A stretch of DNA of 64,000 bases from Sutterella sp. (GTDB lineage Bacteria; Pseudomonadota; Gammaproteobacteria; Burkholderiales; Burkholderiaceae_F). The DNA lies in assembly GCA_034104065.1 (NCBI GenBank), contig JAXEEN010000021.1:383-64382 (forward strand), written 5' to 3'. The notes beneath the pieces are model-generated. The model saw nothing but the letters and a program-made list of their open reading frames with translations. It ran no database searches and had not been told where the DNA came from. Below, piece after piece: positions 27,685 through 37,096 of this stretch. The position numbers and the translations under genes are program-made. Positions within the stretch are counted from its first letter, which is position 1; the number at the start of each line of letters is the position of its first letter.

Positions 27685-28119
27685 ATGCCCCTGCCCCAGC
27701 ACGAACCCGATGCTGTCACCGGACCGCTTGCTCTGGCTTCGGCCCGGTTCAACTCCGTTCTGACGTGCGCTCAGGCTTTTGCGCTGATCGCCATCGCGAT
27801 TGCTGCGCTTGTCGGCATCTGCTCCGCCATCTGGGGCATGATCGACACCCGCACGGCTGGCCTTGGCGATCTGCTTCTGCTCTTTCTCTATATCGAGATA
27901 CTCTCGATGGTGAAGGGCTCCGCCCTCGGCACCCGAGAAATCCCGATTCGCACCCCGGTGGCACTGGCCATCGTGGCCGTCGCTCGGTATATCGTGGTCG
28001 ATGTTGAACACATGTCGCCCACTTTCATGCTGCTCACGGCCGGCGCCATTCTGGTACTGGTCATTGCGCTGTGGGTACTCAGCAAGATTCACCATCCCCG
28101 CTGCGACGGCAGCTGCTGA
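27685..28119 (+). CDS. PsiE family membrane protein
   Basis: DLLLLFLYIEILSMV, IPIR.P..AIVAVARYIV. Confidence 0.8.
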   Translation: MPLPQHEPDAVTGPLALASARFNSVLTCAQAFALIAIAIAALVGICSAIWGMIDTRTAGLGDLLLLFLYIEILSMVKGSALGTREIPIRTPVALAIVAVARYIVVDVEHMSPTFMLLTAGAILVLVIALWVLSKIHHPRCDGSC

Positions 28120-28184
28120 CAATTCTGTTCAGCGGACGGGCGGCTCATTGAGCCGCCTGTTTTCGTGCTAGAATAAGTGCCCTC

Positions 28185-28258
28185 GCGGGTGTAGCTCAAT
28201 GGTAGAGCTGTAGCTTCCCAAGCTAATGACGAGGGTTCGATTCCCTTCACCCGCTCCA
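28185..28258 (+). tRNA. tRNA-Gly(CCC)
   Basis: GCGGGTG/CACCCGC stem, anticodon loop TTCCCAA, 74 nt with CCA; extended -10 TGCTAGAAT upstream and terminator at 28267-28289. Confidence 0.96.
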
Positions 28259-28335
28259 GACATCTGAGGCCCGTTCAACGGGCTTTTTTCATATCCGTCG
28301 GCGCGCTCTCTGATGCCAGCCGGCCCTCAACCGCC

Positions 28336-29073
28336 ATGGAAAACAGAAACGACAAGCCCGAACTGACGCCGGAAGAGCTTGAAGCGCTCAAGAAGCGTCA
28401 CATCCGCTCCTTCGTCATGCGCCGCGGCCATATTTCCGCCGCTCAGAAGCGCGCCCTCGAAGAAACGCTTCCTCAGTACCAGATCGAATATCTCCCCGAA
28501 CTGCTGGATGCCGACGCCGCCTTCGGACGGCACGCGCCTGTCGTCCTTGAAATCGGATGCGGGATGGGCGAAACAACGGCGGCGATCGCTGCCGCTCATC
28601 CTGAAGTGAATTTCATCGGCTGCGAAGTCTTCACGGCCGGCGTGGGTGCACTCGCCAAGCGTCTTGATGAAATGTCGCTCACCAACGTCCGCATTATCCG
28701 ACATGACGCCGTCGAAATCGTCCGCGACATGATTCCGGAAAACTTCCTCGACGGCGTTCACATTTATTTTCCCGACCCTTGGCGCAAAGCCCGCCATCAT
28801 AAGCGCCGTCTTGTTGCTCAGCCCTTCATCGGTCTGCTCGCATCCCGCATTCGGCCGGGCGGCTATCTTCACTGCGCCACGGACTGGCAGAATTATGCCG
28901 AGCAGATGCTCGAAGTCCTTGAAGGAGAACCTCTGCTCACCAACCTCCACGGAGCCGGCAGCTACAGTCCCGTGATGGGCAACCCTCTCTGCGAGCGTCC
29001 CCGCACCAAGTTCCAGGCACGCGGCGAGCGTCTCGGATACGGCATCTGGGATCTGGTCTACACCCGCCGATAA
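28336..29073 (+). CDS. trmB: tRNA (guanine(46)-N7)-methyltransferase
   Basis: [39 protein letters not shown]. Confidence 0.96.
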   Translation: MENRNDKPELTPEELEALKKRHIRSFVMRRGHISAAQKRALEETLPQYQIEYLPELLDADAAFGRHAPVVLEIGCGMGETTAAIAAAHPEVNFIGCEVFTAGVGALAKRLDEMSLTNVRIIRHDAVEIVRDMIPENFLDGVHIYFPDPWRKARHHKRRLVAQPFIGLLASRIRPGGYLHCATDWQNYAEQMLEVLEGEPLLTNLHGAGSYSPVMGNPLCERPRTKFQARGERLGYGIWDLVYTRR

Positions 29074-29084
29074 CCGACTCTGTC

Positions 29085-29118
29085 AAAAAAGCCCCGAACC
29101 GCAAGGCCGGGGCTTTTT
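29085..29118. terminator. bidirectional terminator
   Basis: AAAAAAGCCCCG..CGGGGCTTTTT. Confidence 0.85.
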
Positions 29119-29127
29119 CAACGGCGC

Positions 29128-29958
29128 CTACCAGGTCACCAGACCCGTCGCCCAAGTCAGCAGAATCACTCCGCCGAAGGCGATGCGGTACCATCCGAAC
29201 ATGCGGAAGTCATGACCGGCAACGAAACGGATCAGCCAGTGAACCACGGCAAGCGCCGACACGAAGGATACGAGAGTACCGACAGCCAGTCCCGGCAGAT
29301 TGTCCAGCACCAGCAGGTCTCTGGACTTCCAGAGATCGTAGACCGTCGCACCGAAAATCGTAGGAATAGACAGGAAAAACGAGAATTCCGTGGCCGCTTT
29401 TCTCGAAAGCCCGAAGCAGAGGCCGCCGATGATGGTGGCGCCGGATCGGCTGGTTCCCGGAATCATGGCCGCACACTGAGCGATGCCGACCAGCAGCGCA
29501 TCCCGCCAGGTCATGTCATCCATTTCACGGACGCGCGGTTTGATCCCGAGCCTTTCATGACGGCCCTCCACCCACAGGATGATGATGCCCCCCAGAACAA
29601 GCGCCGCCGCAACGGTGAGCGCGTTGAAGAGATACCTCTTCAGAAAATCGGCCGCCAGCACGCCGATCACTGCCGCAGGCAGAAAGCCCGTGATCGTATT
29701 GATCGCCAGACGCTGCTGAACCTCATCGGAAAAAAGCCCTGAAAGGACGGCTGCAATACGTCTGCGGTAGTACCAGCAGACAGCCAGAATGGCCCCGGCC
29801 TGAATGGCTACGACAAAGGTGTCGGCGCCGGCGCTTTCCGAAAACTTCAGCAGGTCGCTGGCAACGATCAGATGCCCCGTCGAACTCACAGGCAGAAATT
29901 CCGTCATGCCTTCAACAATGCCGAGCACGGCAGCCTGAATGAGATACAGCCAATCCAT
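29128..29958 (-). CDS. uppP: undecaprenyl-diphosphate phosphatase
   Basis: GIVEGMTEFLPVSSTGHL, PGTSRSGATI, AATEFSFFL. Confidence 0.96.
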   Translation of the reverse strand: MDWLYLIQAAVLGIVEGMTEFLPVSSTGHLIVASDLLKFSESAGADTFVVAIQAGAILAVCWYYRRRIAAVLSGLFSDEVQQRLAINTITGFLPAAVIGVLAADFLKRYLFNALTVAAALVLGGIIILWVEGRHERLGIKPRVREMDDMTWRDALLVGIAQCAAMIPGTSRSGATIIGGLCFGLSRKAATEFSFFLSIPTIFGATVYDLWKSRDLLVLDNLPGLAVGTLVSFVSALAVVHWLIRFVAGHDFRMFGWYRIAFGGVILLTWATGLVTW

Positions 29959-30118
29959 GGATAAAACCCTCCGTCGGCCCGTATTGTCTCAGATCAGCAT
30001 TGCTGACGTGTAAAAAATCCGTCAAAAGCACGCTCAGCCGTACGGCTGAGGAATAGGTGCATCTCTCAAGCGCCTTTGTTAAGATGAGCACTCCTTTCAT
30101 CCAACGGAACCCCTTCTG

Positions 30119-30817
30119 ATGTCTCAAGAAAAAGTCATTGACAGCGATCTCGTCGAAGAACTGCAGGGCCTTCTCGAAGGTCTCGGCGACGAAGTGATGG
30201 ACGCCGGCGTAGCGGACGGCTTTCTGACCGCCGTTGCCCTCAATCCCGAGCACCCGAGCAAGCACGACATGTACCCCTATATTTTCAGCAGCGAAGGCGA
30301 CCCCGCCGCGCTCCCTGAAAACGACCGCGTGCTTGAACTGCTCGACATTCGCTTCAACGAAATTCAGGCGGCCCTCGCCGCCAAGGGCGGTCTTGACCCC
30401 GTCATCTTCCCCCTCGTTGATGAGAATGATGAAGTGATCACCGACGAGGAAGGGCTCGAGGCGCTTGAACCCTGGGCGAGCGGTTTTCTTTCCGGCATGC
30501 TTCTGTGGCCTGAAGAGCTCGTCAACTCCGATGAGGTTTCGGATCTTGCGGGACCGATTCTGCGCAATCTGAATCCGGAAAGCTTTGACGACAAGGAAGA
30601 AGCGGAAGCATTCATCGGCAGCTATCGCGACGGCGAAGGCATCCCCGACAACCTTGAAGATGCCCTGTATGACATGGTGAAGGCCGTCTTTGATCTGAAG
30701 CAGCTTATCGATCCGAACAAGCCCGTCGTCCGCGAGACTCCCCGCGTCGGCCGCAATGATCCCTGCCCCTGCGGGAGCGGCAAGAAATACAAGCAGTGCT
30801 GCGGCAAAAAGGCCTGA
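30119..30817 (+). CDS. YecA/UPF0149 family protein with C-terminal SEC-C motif
   Basis: DGFLTA, W..GF; [20 protein letters not shown]. Confidence 0.88.
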   Translation: MSQEKVIDSDLVEELQGLLEGLGDEVMDAGVADGFLTAVALNPEHPSKHDMYPYIFSSEGDPAALPENDRVLELLDIRFNEIQAALAAKGGLDPVIFPLVDENDEVITDEEGLEALEPWASGFLSGMLLWPEELVNSDEVSDLAGPILRNLNPESFDDKEEAEAFIGSYRDGEGIPDNLEDALYDMVKAVFDLKQLIDPNKPVVRETPRVGRNDPCPCGSGKKYKQCCGKKA

Positions 30818-30835
30818 TTCTTCCGTACCGTTCCT

Positions 30836-32470
30836 TCAGCGTTTCGTGCCGAACAGCTTCGGCACGAAACGGGCGGGATCCAGCTGGCGAACCAGAGAAG
30901 TCTGAAGAGGCGGAGGTTCGCCGCAGATCCCCGCCGCCGTCAGACGCGCACATGCCAGGCCCCAGGTGATGCCGCGCGAACCCAGTCCGGCGCATATCCA
31001 GAGTCCGTCCGCACGGGGAACCGCCGACACTTCCGGCCTTCCCCGATAATGAAAGGCCGACAGCGTCTGTGCTGTAAATGCCCGTCCTGCCAACGGCATT
31101 CTGTCCGACGCCACGGCCCTCACTCCCTCGTAAAACCCTCTTGCGGTCACGTCGGGCCGTCCGCCCGTCAGTTTTTCAAAGGTCGCAAGATTGTGCTCGT
31201 GTGCATCCTCTTCGCTCAGCACGCGGGCTTCCCCTGCCTCATAGGTCGCACCGACGGCGCAGAACCCCGCCGGCGTCGACGCCATGTAGCCGTCTCCGGT
31301 CAGCGCCGTCCTCAGCATCGGAAGGTCAGTGTCTCTCAGAAGACTGATGCGGCCGTACAGTCCGTTCATGCCCGTCCATGCGCGCGGTATGCCGATCACG
31401 TCGGGCGTCGAAAGCCCCGCGCAGACTGCGGCCTGAGGTGCGGCCGCCAGAACCGATCCGTACGAGTTCACGGCCTCCCAGTCTGAACTCGACCGGCGAA
31501 GCCGGACTTCGCAGCCGGTCAGCAGCCGCGCGCCGGCCGCTTCGATAAGCCGTCGGCAGAGTTTCCCCGCATGCACCAGCCCGGCCTTCGGGAACAGCCA
31601 TCCTCCTCGCAGCAGCGGCATGCCGGAGTATTTCCGCGCCTCATCGCGGCTGATGAGCGAAGCAAAAGCCGGCGGCATGGCAAACGGCGAGTCCGTGCCA
31701 TATGCCGCCTGCCATTTCGCATATTCCTCGTCGGATGAAGCCGCATCCACCACGCCGCAGGGAATGAAGCAGTCCGGAAAATGCTCCAGCAGCGGAATCA
31801 TCGCCTCATACCCCGCCCGCGTCAGTCGAAACAGCGGCGAATCGCTTGCCTGCCAGTGAGGGTGTATCAGCCCGGCATAGAGCGCCGACGCCGCACTGCC
31901 GGGTACGCAGCCTGCGTCAATTACGGTCACGCGGGCACCGCGGCGGGAAAGCTCCCAGGCCGTCATCGCGCCGGCCAGACCGGCTCCGACAACAACGGCA
32001 TCGGGACGCTCGTTTCCATAAGTCGACTTATCTATATGTGTGCTTTTTCGAAGACAATACCCCTCTCCTGAACGTCTCAGCCAAACCGGGGCATCCCCTG
32101 ACTCATCTTCTGCGTAAAGCTTCGTTTTTTCTAAAAAATATCGTCTCAGGGAAACGGCATCCTCCGGCTTTCTCACCCAGATTTCATCGTATGCCGCAGT
32201 CACTGAAGAAATATTCGGCGTCGCCTCGGAGGAAAGAATCGCATAAACGACAATACGGCCGCATGCGACGGCATGCAGCCCGGGCATGCCTTCAGCCAGT
32301 TCCGCCGCGGCATCGGCCGCCTTCAGGCCGAGTTCGCACAGGACATCGGCAATTTTCATCCCCTTCCGCACCGGCACCGTCAGGAATACCCGGCCGGAAA
32401 AGACAGAAAGCCTCTGCCGTGCAAATGCAAGCAAAGGCTTTTCCGAGGAGGTGAGAAGAATGACCGTCAC
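30836..32470 (-). CDS. mnmC: MnmC-like FAD-dependent cmnm5s2U oxidoreductase with eroded N-terminal domain
   Basis: VVGAGLAG, GATYE, GVRAVASDRMPLAG, GLGSRGITW, LDPARF match the MnmC oxidase domain. Confidence 0.8.
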   Translation of the reverse strand: MTVILLTSSEKPLLAFARQRLSVFSGRVFLTVPVRKGMKIADVLCELGLKAADAAAELAEGMPGLHAVACGRIVVYAILSSEATPNISSVTAAYDEIWVRKPEDAVSLRRYFLEKTKLYAEDESGDAPVWLRRSGEGYCLRKSTHIDKSTYGNERPDAVVVGAGLAGAMTAWELSRRGARVTVIDAGCVPGSAASALYAGLIHPHWQASDSPLFRLTRAGYEAMIPLLEHFPDCFIPCGVVDAASSDEEYAKWQAAYGTDSPFAMPPAFASLISRDEARKYSGMPLLRGGWLFPKAGLVHAGKLCRRLIEAAGARLLTGCEVRLRRSSSDWEAVNSYGSVLAAAPQAAVCAGLSTPDVIGIPRAWTGMNGLYGRISLLRDTDLPMLRTALTGDGYMASTPAGFCAVGATYEAGEARVLSEEDAHEHNLATFEKLTGGRPDVTARGFYEGVRAVASDRMPLAGRAFTAQTLSAFHYRGRPEVSAVPRADGLWICAGLGSRGITWGLACARLTAAGICGEPPPLQTSLVRQLDPARFVPKLFGTKR

Positions 32471-32511
32471 TGTCTTCTTCGGGCACCCGGCCGGGGTGCC
32501 CGTTCTGAATG

Positions 32512-34176
32512 TCAGTGCTTGAGGGGCTTGAAGCGGAGACGCTTGGGCCGGCAGGCCTCTTCCCCGAGACGACGGCGCTTGTCGGCTTCGTATTCGTTGT
32601 AGTTGCCGTCAAAGAAGACAACGCGGCTGTCGCCTTCGAAAGCGAGAATATGAGTCGCAATACGGTCCAGGAACCAGCGGTCGTGCGAGGTGACGAGCGC
32701 GCAGCCCGCAAATTCGAGGAGCGCTTCTTCAAGCGCACGAAGGGTTTCGACGTCCAGATCGTTCGACGGTTCGTCCAACAGAAGCACATTGCCGCCGGCG
32801 AGCAGCGTTTTCGCCAGATGCAGACGTCCGCGTTCACCGCCCGACAGCGTTCCCACCATCTTCTGCTGATCGCCCCCCTTGAAGTTGAAGCGGCCGAGAT
32901 AGGCGCGGCTCGACATGGAGAATTTGCCGACCTGAATAATGTCGAGCCCGTCAGAGATCGCGTCAAAAGCCGTCTTGTCGTTCGGGAGCGAATCCCGCAT
33001 CTGATCAACGGCGGCCAGACGTACCGTCTGACCGATCTTGATTTCACCGGAATCCGGCTTCTCCTTGCCGGTAATCATCTTGAACAGCGTCGACTTGCCG
33101 GCGCCGTTCGGACCGATGACGCCGACGATGGCGCCGGGCGGAATCGTGAAAGAGAGATCATCGATGAGCAGGCGATCCCCGAAGCCCTTGGACACATGAC
33201 TGAATTCAATCACATTGTTGCCGAGACGCTCGGCCACGGGAATGAAGATTTCATTCGTTTCATTGCGCTGCTGGTATTCGACGCTCGACAATTCTTCGAA
33301 GCGGGAAAGACGGGCCTTCGACTTCGCCTGCCGGCCCTTGGGATTCTGGCGAACCCATTCCAGTTCGTGCTTGATGGCCTTCATGCGGGCGTCTTCCTGA
33401 CGCTTTTCAAGTTCAAGGCGCTTTTCTTTCTGATCCAGCCAGGAAGAATAGTTGCCCTTCCAGGGGATGCCCTCGCCGCGGTCAAGCTCGAGAATCCATT
33501 CGGCGGCATTGTCCAGGAAGTAGCGGTCGTGAGTCACGGCAACCACGGTGCCCGGGAAACGGTGCAGGAACTGTTCGAGCCATTCAACGCTTTCCGCGTC
33601 AAGATGATTCGTCGGTTCGTCCAGAAGCAGCATGTCCGGCCGGGAGAGAAGAAGACGGCACAGCGCCACCCGGCGCTTTTCACCGCCGGAAAGATTGCCG
33701 ATCTTGGCATCCCAGGGAGGAAGACGCAGCGCATCGGCGGCAATTTCCATCTGCGTTTCGGCATTCGTGCCGGCGGAAGCGATGATGGCTTCAAGACGGG
33801 CCTGCTCCGCGGCCAGAGCATCGAAATCGGCATCGGGTTCCGCGTAGGCCGCATAAACAGCGTCCAGCTTTGCCTGAGCCTGCATGACCTCGCCCATCCC
33901 TTCTTCCACCGTTTCTCGAACGGTCTTCTCGGCATCCAGCGCAGGTTCCTGAGGAAGGTAGCCGATTTTGATGCCGCTCATCGGGATCGCTTCGCCTTCA
34001 ATCTCCTTGTCGACGCCGGCCATAATCTTGAGAAGGGTCGACTTGCCGGCACCGTTCAGACCGAGGACGCCGATTTTTGCTCCCGGGAAAAACGAAAGAG
34101 AGATGTCCTTGAGAATCTGGCGCTTCGGAGGAACAATTTTCCCGACGCGGTTCATCGTAAAAACGTACTGAGCCAT
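32512..34176 (-). CDS. ettA: energy-dependent translational throttle protein (ABC-F)
   Basis: MAQYVFTMNRVGKIVPPKRQILKDISLSFFPGAKIGVLGLNGAGKST; two ABC domains; ELEWVRQNPKGRQAKSKAR linker. Confidence 0.97.
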   Translation of the reverse strand: MAQYVFTMNRVGKIVPPKRQILKDISLSFFPGAKIGVLGLNGAGKSTLLKIMAGVDKEIEGEAIPMSGIKIGYLPQEPALDAEKTVRETVEEGMGEVMQAQAKLDAVYAAYAEPDADFDALAAEQARLEAIIASAGTNAETQMEIAADALRLPPWDAKIGNLSGGEKRRVALCRLLLSRPDMLLLDEPTNHLDAESVEWLEQFLHRFPGTVVAVTHDRYFLDNAAEWILELDRGEGIPWKGNYSSWLDQKEKRLELEKRQEDARMKAIKHELEWVRQNPKGRQAKSKARLSRFEELSSVEYQQRNETNEIFIPVAERLGNNVIEFSHVSKGFGDRLLIDDLSFTIPPGAIVGVIGPNGAGKSTLFKMITGKEKPDSGEIKIGQTVRLAAVDQMRDSLPNDKTAFDAISDGLDIIQVGKFSMSSRAYLGRFNFKGGDQQKMVGTLSGGERGRLHLAKTLLAGGNVLLLDEPSNDLDVETLRALEEALLEFAGCALVTSHDRWFLDRIATHILAFEGDSRVVFFDGNYNEYEADKRRRLGEEACRPKRLRFKPLKH

Positions 34177-34324
34177 ATCCTGTGAAATAGAGAAGGCATG
34201 CCGTCCGAAGCCGCATGCGCCGAAAGGCGCAGAACGGAATCGTACGGCCGAATGAAAGAGAAGGGAACGGGTCCCCCGTGTCAATGAGCCGCTATCTTAA
34301 AGGAAGCCATAGCGGCGCGCGAGC

Positions 34325-34351
34325 AAAAAGAAGCGCCGCATGAAGCGGCGC
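34325..34351 (-). terminator. terminator after kinase-like gene
   Basis: Minus strand GCGCCGC-TTCAT-GCGGCGC followed by TTCTTTTT. Confidence 0.7.
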
Positions 34352-34357
34352 CCCGGA

Positions 34358-35011
34358 TCAGTGTTTTTTCAGTCCGAAATAGCCTCGGAAAATCCAGAAG
34401 CGGCGAAGCCGGTTGATGCGTTCCAACTCGCTGCGGCGCTCTTCCCCCATTGCCTCGGGGCAGTACTGGAGCCACTTCTTGAGGGCACCGGAACGGTCGA
34501 AATCCTCAAGCAGGCGCCGCAGGCATGCCGGCATATGGCCCGTATAAAGCGAGGCCTGAAAATCAATGAGCCCGGGAGAGCCGTCAGGACGAATCATGAC
34601 GTTGCCCGAACCGCGGACGTCGAGGTGAACCACGCCGCGCGCATGCATCGCAGCAAGCAGCTTTTCAAACGCCTCAAGAAATGCCGGGGTAATCAGAGAA
34701 GGATCCACATGGCCGATGCTCGCGCCTTCCATGTACTCCACCGCCATGGCAAACCGATCGACCCGAAAAGAATCCGGAGCGATGCCGTCCACGTTTCTGA
34801 GCCTGCTCAGGATGGACAGCTCTCGGCCGAGAAGAAACGGAGCAATGAACCAGCGGATGTACCACGGACGCCCGCTGAAATCCTTGACGGTCCAGGAACG
34901 ACCGTCGATGTCCGCACGGCTCACAACGGCATTGGCAATTCGGCCGTTGCGCAGCAGCGTCATCTTTGCACGCGCAAGATCGGCCCGTTCAAACGGTTTG
35001 CTCTGAGTCAT
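34358..35011 (-). CDS. small protein-kinase-like (RIO/Kdo-kinase-like) phosphotransferase
   Basis: VKDF (Lys), GRE (helix C Glu), MHARGVVHLDVRGSGNVMI, LIDFQ. Confidence 0.8.
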   Translation of the reverse strand: MTQSKPFERADLARAKMTLLRNGRIANAVVSRADIDGRSWTVKDFSGRPWYIRWFIAPFLLGRELSILSRLRNVDGIAPDSFRVDRFAMAVEYMEGASIGHVDPSLITPAFLEAFEKLLAAMHARGVVHLDVRGSGNVMIRPDGSPGLIDFQASLYTGHMPACLRRLLEDFDRSGALKKWLQYCPEAMGEERRSELERINRLRRFWIFRGYFGLKKH

Positions 35012-35053
35012 AGGCTGGTGACCGCGGAGCCCTTCCGGGCTCCGCCGACTGTG

Positions 35054-35455
35054 TTACGGCATGGCGATGCCGCTGCCGCCCGGAGCGGGCGGGGCCTGGA
35101 AGCCGGGCATCCCCGGCGTCACGATCTGGCTTGCGGCTTCACGGCGCATCGCCTGAATCTTTTCAATCGTCTGACGCACGCCCTCCTTGGCGGCGGCGCC
35201 GTAGGCGGCGACAGCTTCGGCAACGCTCTGAGCCGGAATTTCAAACGTAATGGGAAGAGGTCCCATCTGCGTCATGATCTGCGCTTCTCCGATGAAAACC
35301 ATCGGGCGCTCGAGATCCCTGGCGCCGGTCGGCAGCACGGGGGTCAGCACGCGGATCGTTCCCACCTTGCGGTCGGTGACAACTTCTTCGGAATAGAGAT
35401 TGGACGCGTCCATTTCGGCATTCATGGTGTCGAGTCCGTTCTGATAATCAGCCAT
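35054..35455 (-). CDS. hypothetical cytoplasmic protein
   Basis: GGAG SD, typical codon usage; NLYSEEVVTDRKVGTIRVLTPV...GPLPITFEI; no function recognised. Confidence 0.8.
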   Translation of the reverse strand: MADYQNGLDTMNAEMDASNLYSEEVVTDRKVGTIRVLTPVLPTGARDLERPMVFIGEAQIMTQMGPLPITFEIPAQSVAEAVAAYGAAAKEGVRQTIEKIQAMRREAASQIVTPGMPGFQAPPAPGGSGIAMP

Positions 35456-35590
35456 AGCAGCTCCAGAATTCGCCGGCACTCTTTCAGGTCCGGCGCTGTA
35501 AAAGGGAAAGCCGGAATCCGCCTCCGGGCGGCTTCCGGCAGTGCAAGCGGATTGTACAGGATGGCCGGCAGTGCTCCGACCACCCGACGG

Positions 35591-36025
35591 TCAGCGGTAA
35601 ACCATCACGGGGATATGCGAATGCGTGAGCACCTTCTGCGTTTCGGAACCCAGCAGCACGGCGGCAAAGCCCTTTCTGCCGTGACTGGCCATGAAAACCA
35701 CATCGCAGTCATGTTTTTTCGACTGTTCGATGATGGCTTCTGCCGGAGAAAAGCTCTTGACCATGACGCAGACGGAGGACACGCCGAGCTCGTCGCAGCG
35801 TTTCTGCGCCGCCATCAGACGATTTTCCGCCTCGGCCATCACGCGTTCGTCATACTGTTCGATCGACTCGGGTCGGTACTCCGAGAGATTCGTATAAGAA
35901 TACGGCTCCACCACCGTCACGATGACGAGCGATGCACCCAGCGGCTTGGCAAACCGGGCAGCCCCCTCCACAGCCTTGTCCGACATCGGCGAACCGTCGG
36001 TCGGAACCAGAATGCGCTTATACAT
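35591..36025 (-). CDS. universal stress protein
   Basis: MYKRILVPTDGS, MASHGRKG...LLGSETQKVL.HS.IPVMV. Confidence 0.95.
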   Translation of the reverse strand: MYKRILVPTDGSPMSDKAVEGAARFAKPLGASLVIVTVVEPYSYTNLSEYRPESIEQYDERVMAEAENRLMAAQKRCDELGVSSVCVMVKSFSPAEAIIEQSKKHDCDVVFMASHGRKGFAAVLLGSETQKVLTHSHIPVMVYR

Positions 36026-36073
36026 GGTTGTTCTTCCTTTGTTGTACTGAAGTCCGGCGCAGGCCGAACGCTT

Positions 36074-36853
36074 TTACTTAATTGTACCCGCGATTTCATT
36101 GAGCACTATCGAAGCCAGACGCAGTCCGACGGAGCCGGTCACGGCCACAAACGAACCGAAGCCGACCCGTTCTCCGGGCTTGGCGCCGATGGCCCTGAGC
36201 GTATCTTCTCCCGGCTGCCGGACAGGCCCCTGACACCAGACTGCCGTAATGCCGAATCGGGTCGACCGACCGTTGGCCGCTCCCGCCGGGAAACCGTATT
36301 CCTTCCTCAGAATGGTTCTGAGCTTTCCCAGCAGCGGATCATTCGTCGCGCGTGCCAGATCGGCTTCAGTGATGTCCGCAGGATTCAGTTTGGCGCCGGC
36401 GCCGCCGGCACAGACGGTCGTCAGCCCGAGAGAACGCGCTCTGGCCAGCAGCGCGGCCTTGCCGATGAGATCGTCGATGCAGTCAATCACGGCGCCGCTC
36501 TCCTCCGTAATCAGAGCGGAGGCGGTTTCCTTCGTCACGAACTGCCGGCAGGTTTCGATGCGGCACTCCGGATTGATCAGCAGACACCTTGCCTTCATTG
36601 CCTCCACTTTCGGAATTTCGTAATTCCCTTCGAGCGCATGAAGCTGCCGATTGGTGTTGTTGAAGGCCACCGTATCGCCGTCAATCAGCGTCAGCCTTCC
36701 CACCCCTGAACGCACCAGTGCTTCGACAGCCCAGCTGCCGACGCCGCCCATTCCGACAACGGTCACGTGCGAATTGAAGATTTTCTGAGAAGCCTCTTCC
36801 CCGAAAACCCTTCCGACACCGCCGAATCGACGGGGATCAGTTGTCTTGCTCAT
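36074..36853 (-). CDS. tcdA: tRNA threonylcarbamoyladenosine dehydratase (ThiF family)
   Basis: RRFGG, VVGMGGVGSWAVEALVRSGVG.LTLID.D, NTNRQLHA, DPLL.KLR..LRK, GFGS.V.VT. Confidence 0.9.
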   Translation of the reverse strand: MSKTTDPRRFGGVGRVFGEEASQKIFNSHVTVVGMGGVGSWAVEALVRSGVGRLTLIDGDTVAFNNTNRQLHALEGNYEIPKVEAMKARCLLINPECRIETCRQFVTKETASALITEESGAVIDCIDDLIGKAALLARARSLGLTTVCAGGAGAKLNPADITEADLARATNDPLLGKLRTILRKEYGFPAGAANGRSTRFGITAVWCQGPVRQPGEDTLRAIGAKPGERVGFGSFVAVTGSVGLRLASIVLNEIAGTIK

Positions 36854-37096
36854 GTAAATTCTCCTTTTGTACGGACAATGGTTTTCAGCGGTCTCATCGT
36901 CCGTTTTGGATTTTCATTTTTTCGATTTTTTATTGCGCCAAAGCAAACTGTCCAAAAATTTGAGGCGCGGGCCGCTCGTCGGAATCGGCAGTTTCGTAGT
37001 ACATTCATCTTAAGGAATCTGCACTATGTCCAATGGGCTGTCCCCGCACAGGATAATCCAATTTTCCGTGTCGCCCAAGGACGCAAGGAGGTTTAT

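Noticed and set aside
28185-28335. Genomic island integrated at tRNA-Gly
   Set aside because: No integrase and no duplicated tRNA 3' end; trmB follows directly.
34340-36709. 789-aa plus-strand ORF spanning four genes
   Set aside because: Antisense to four well-supported genes, with no motifs and an R/G/A-rich composition typical of high-GC shadow frames.
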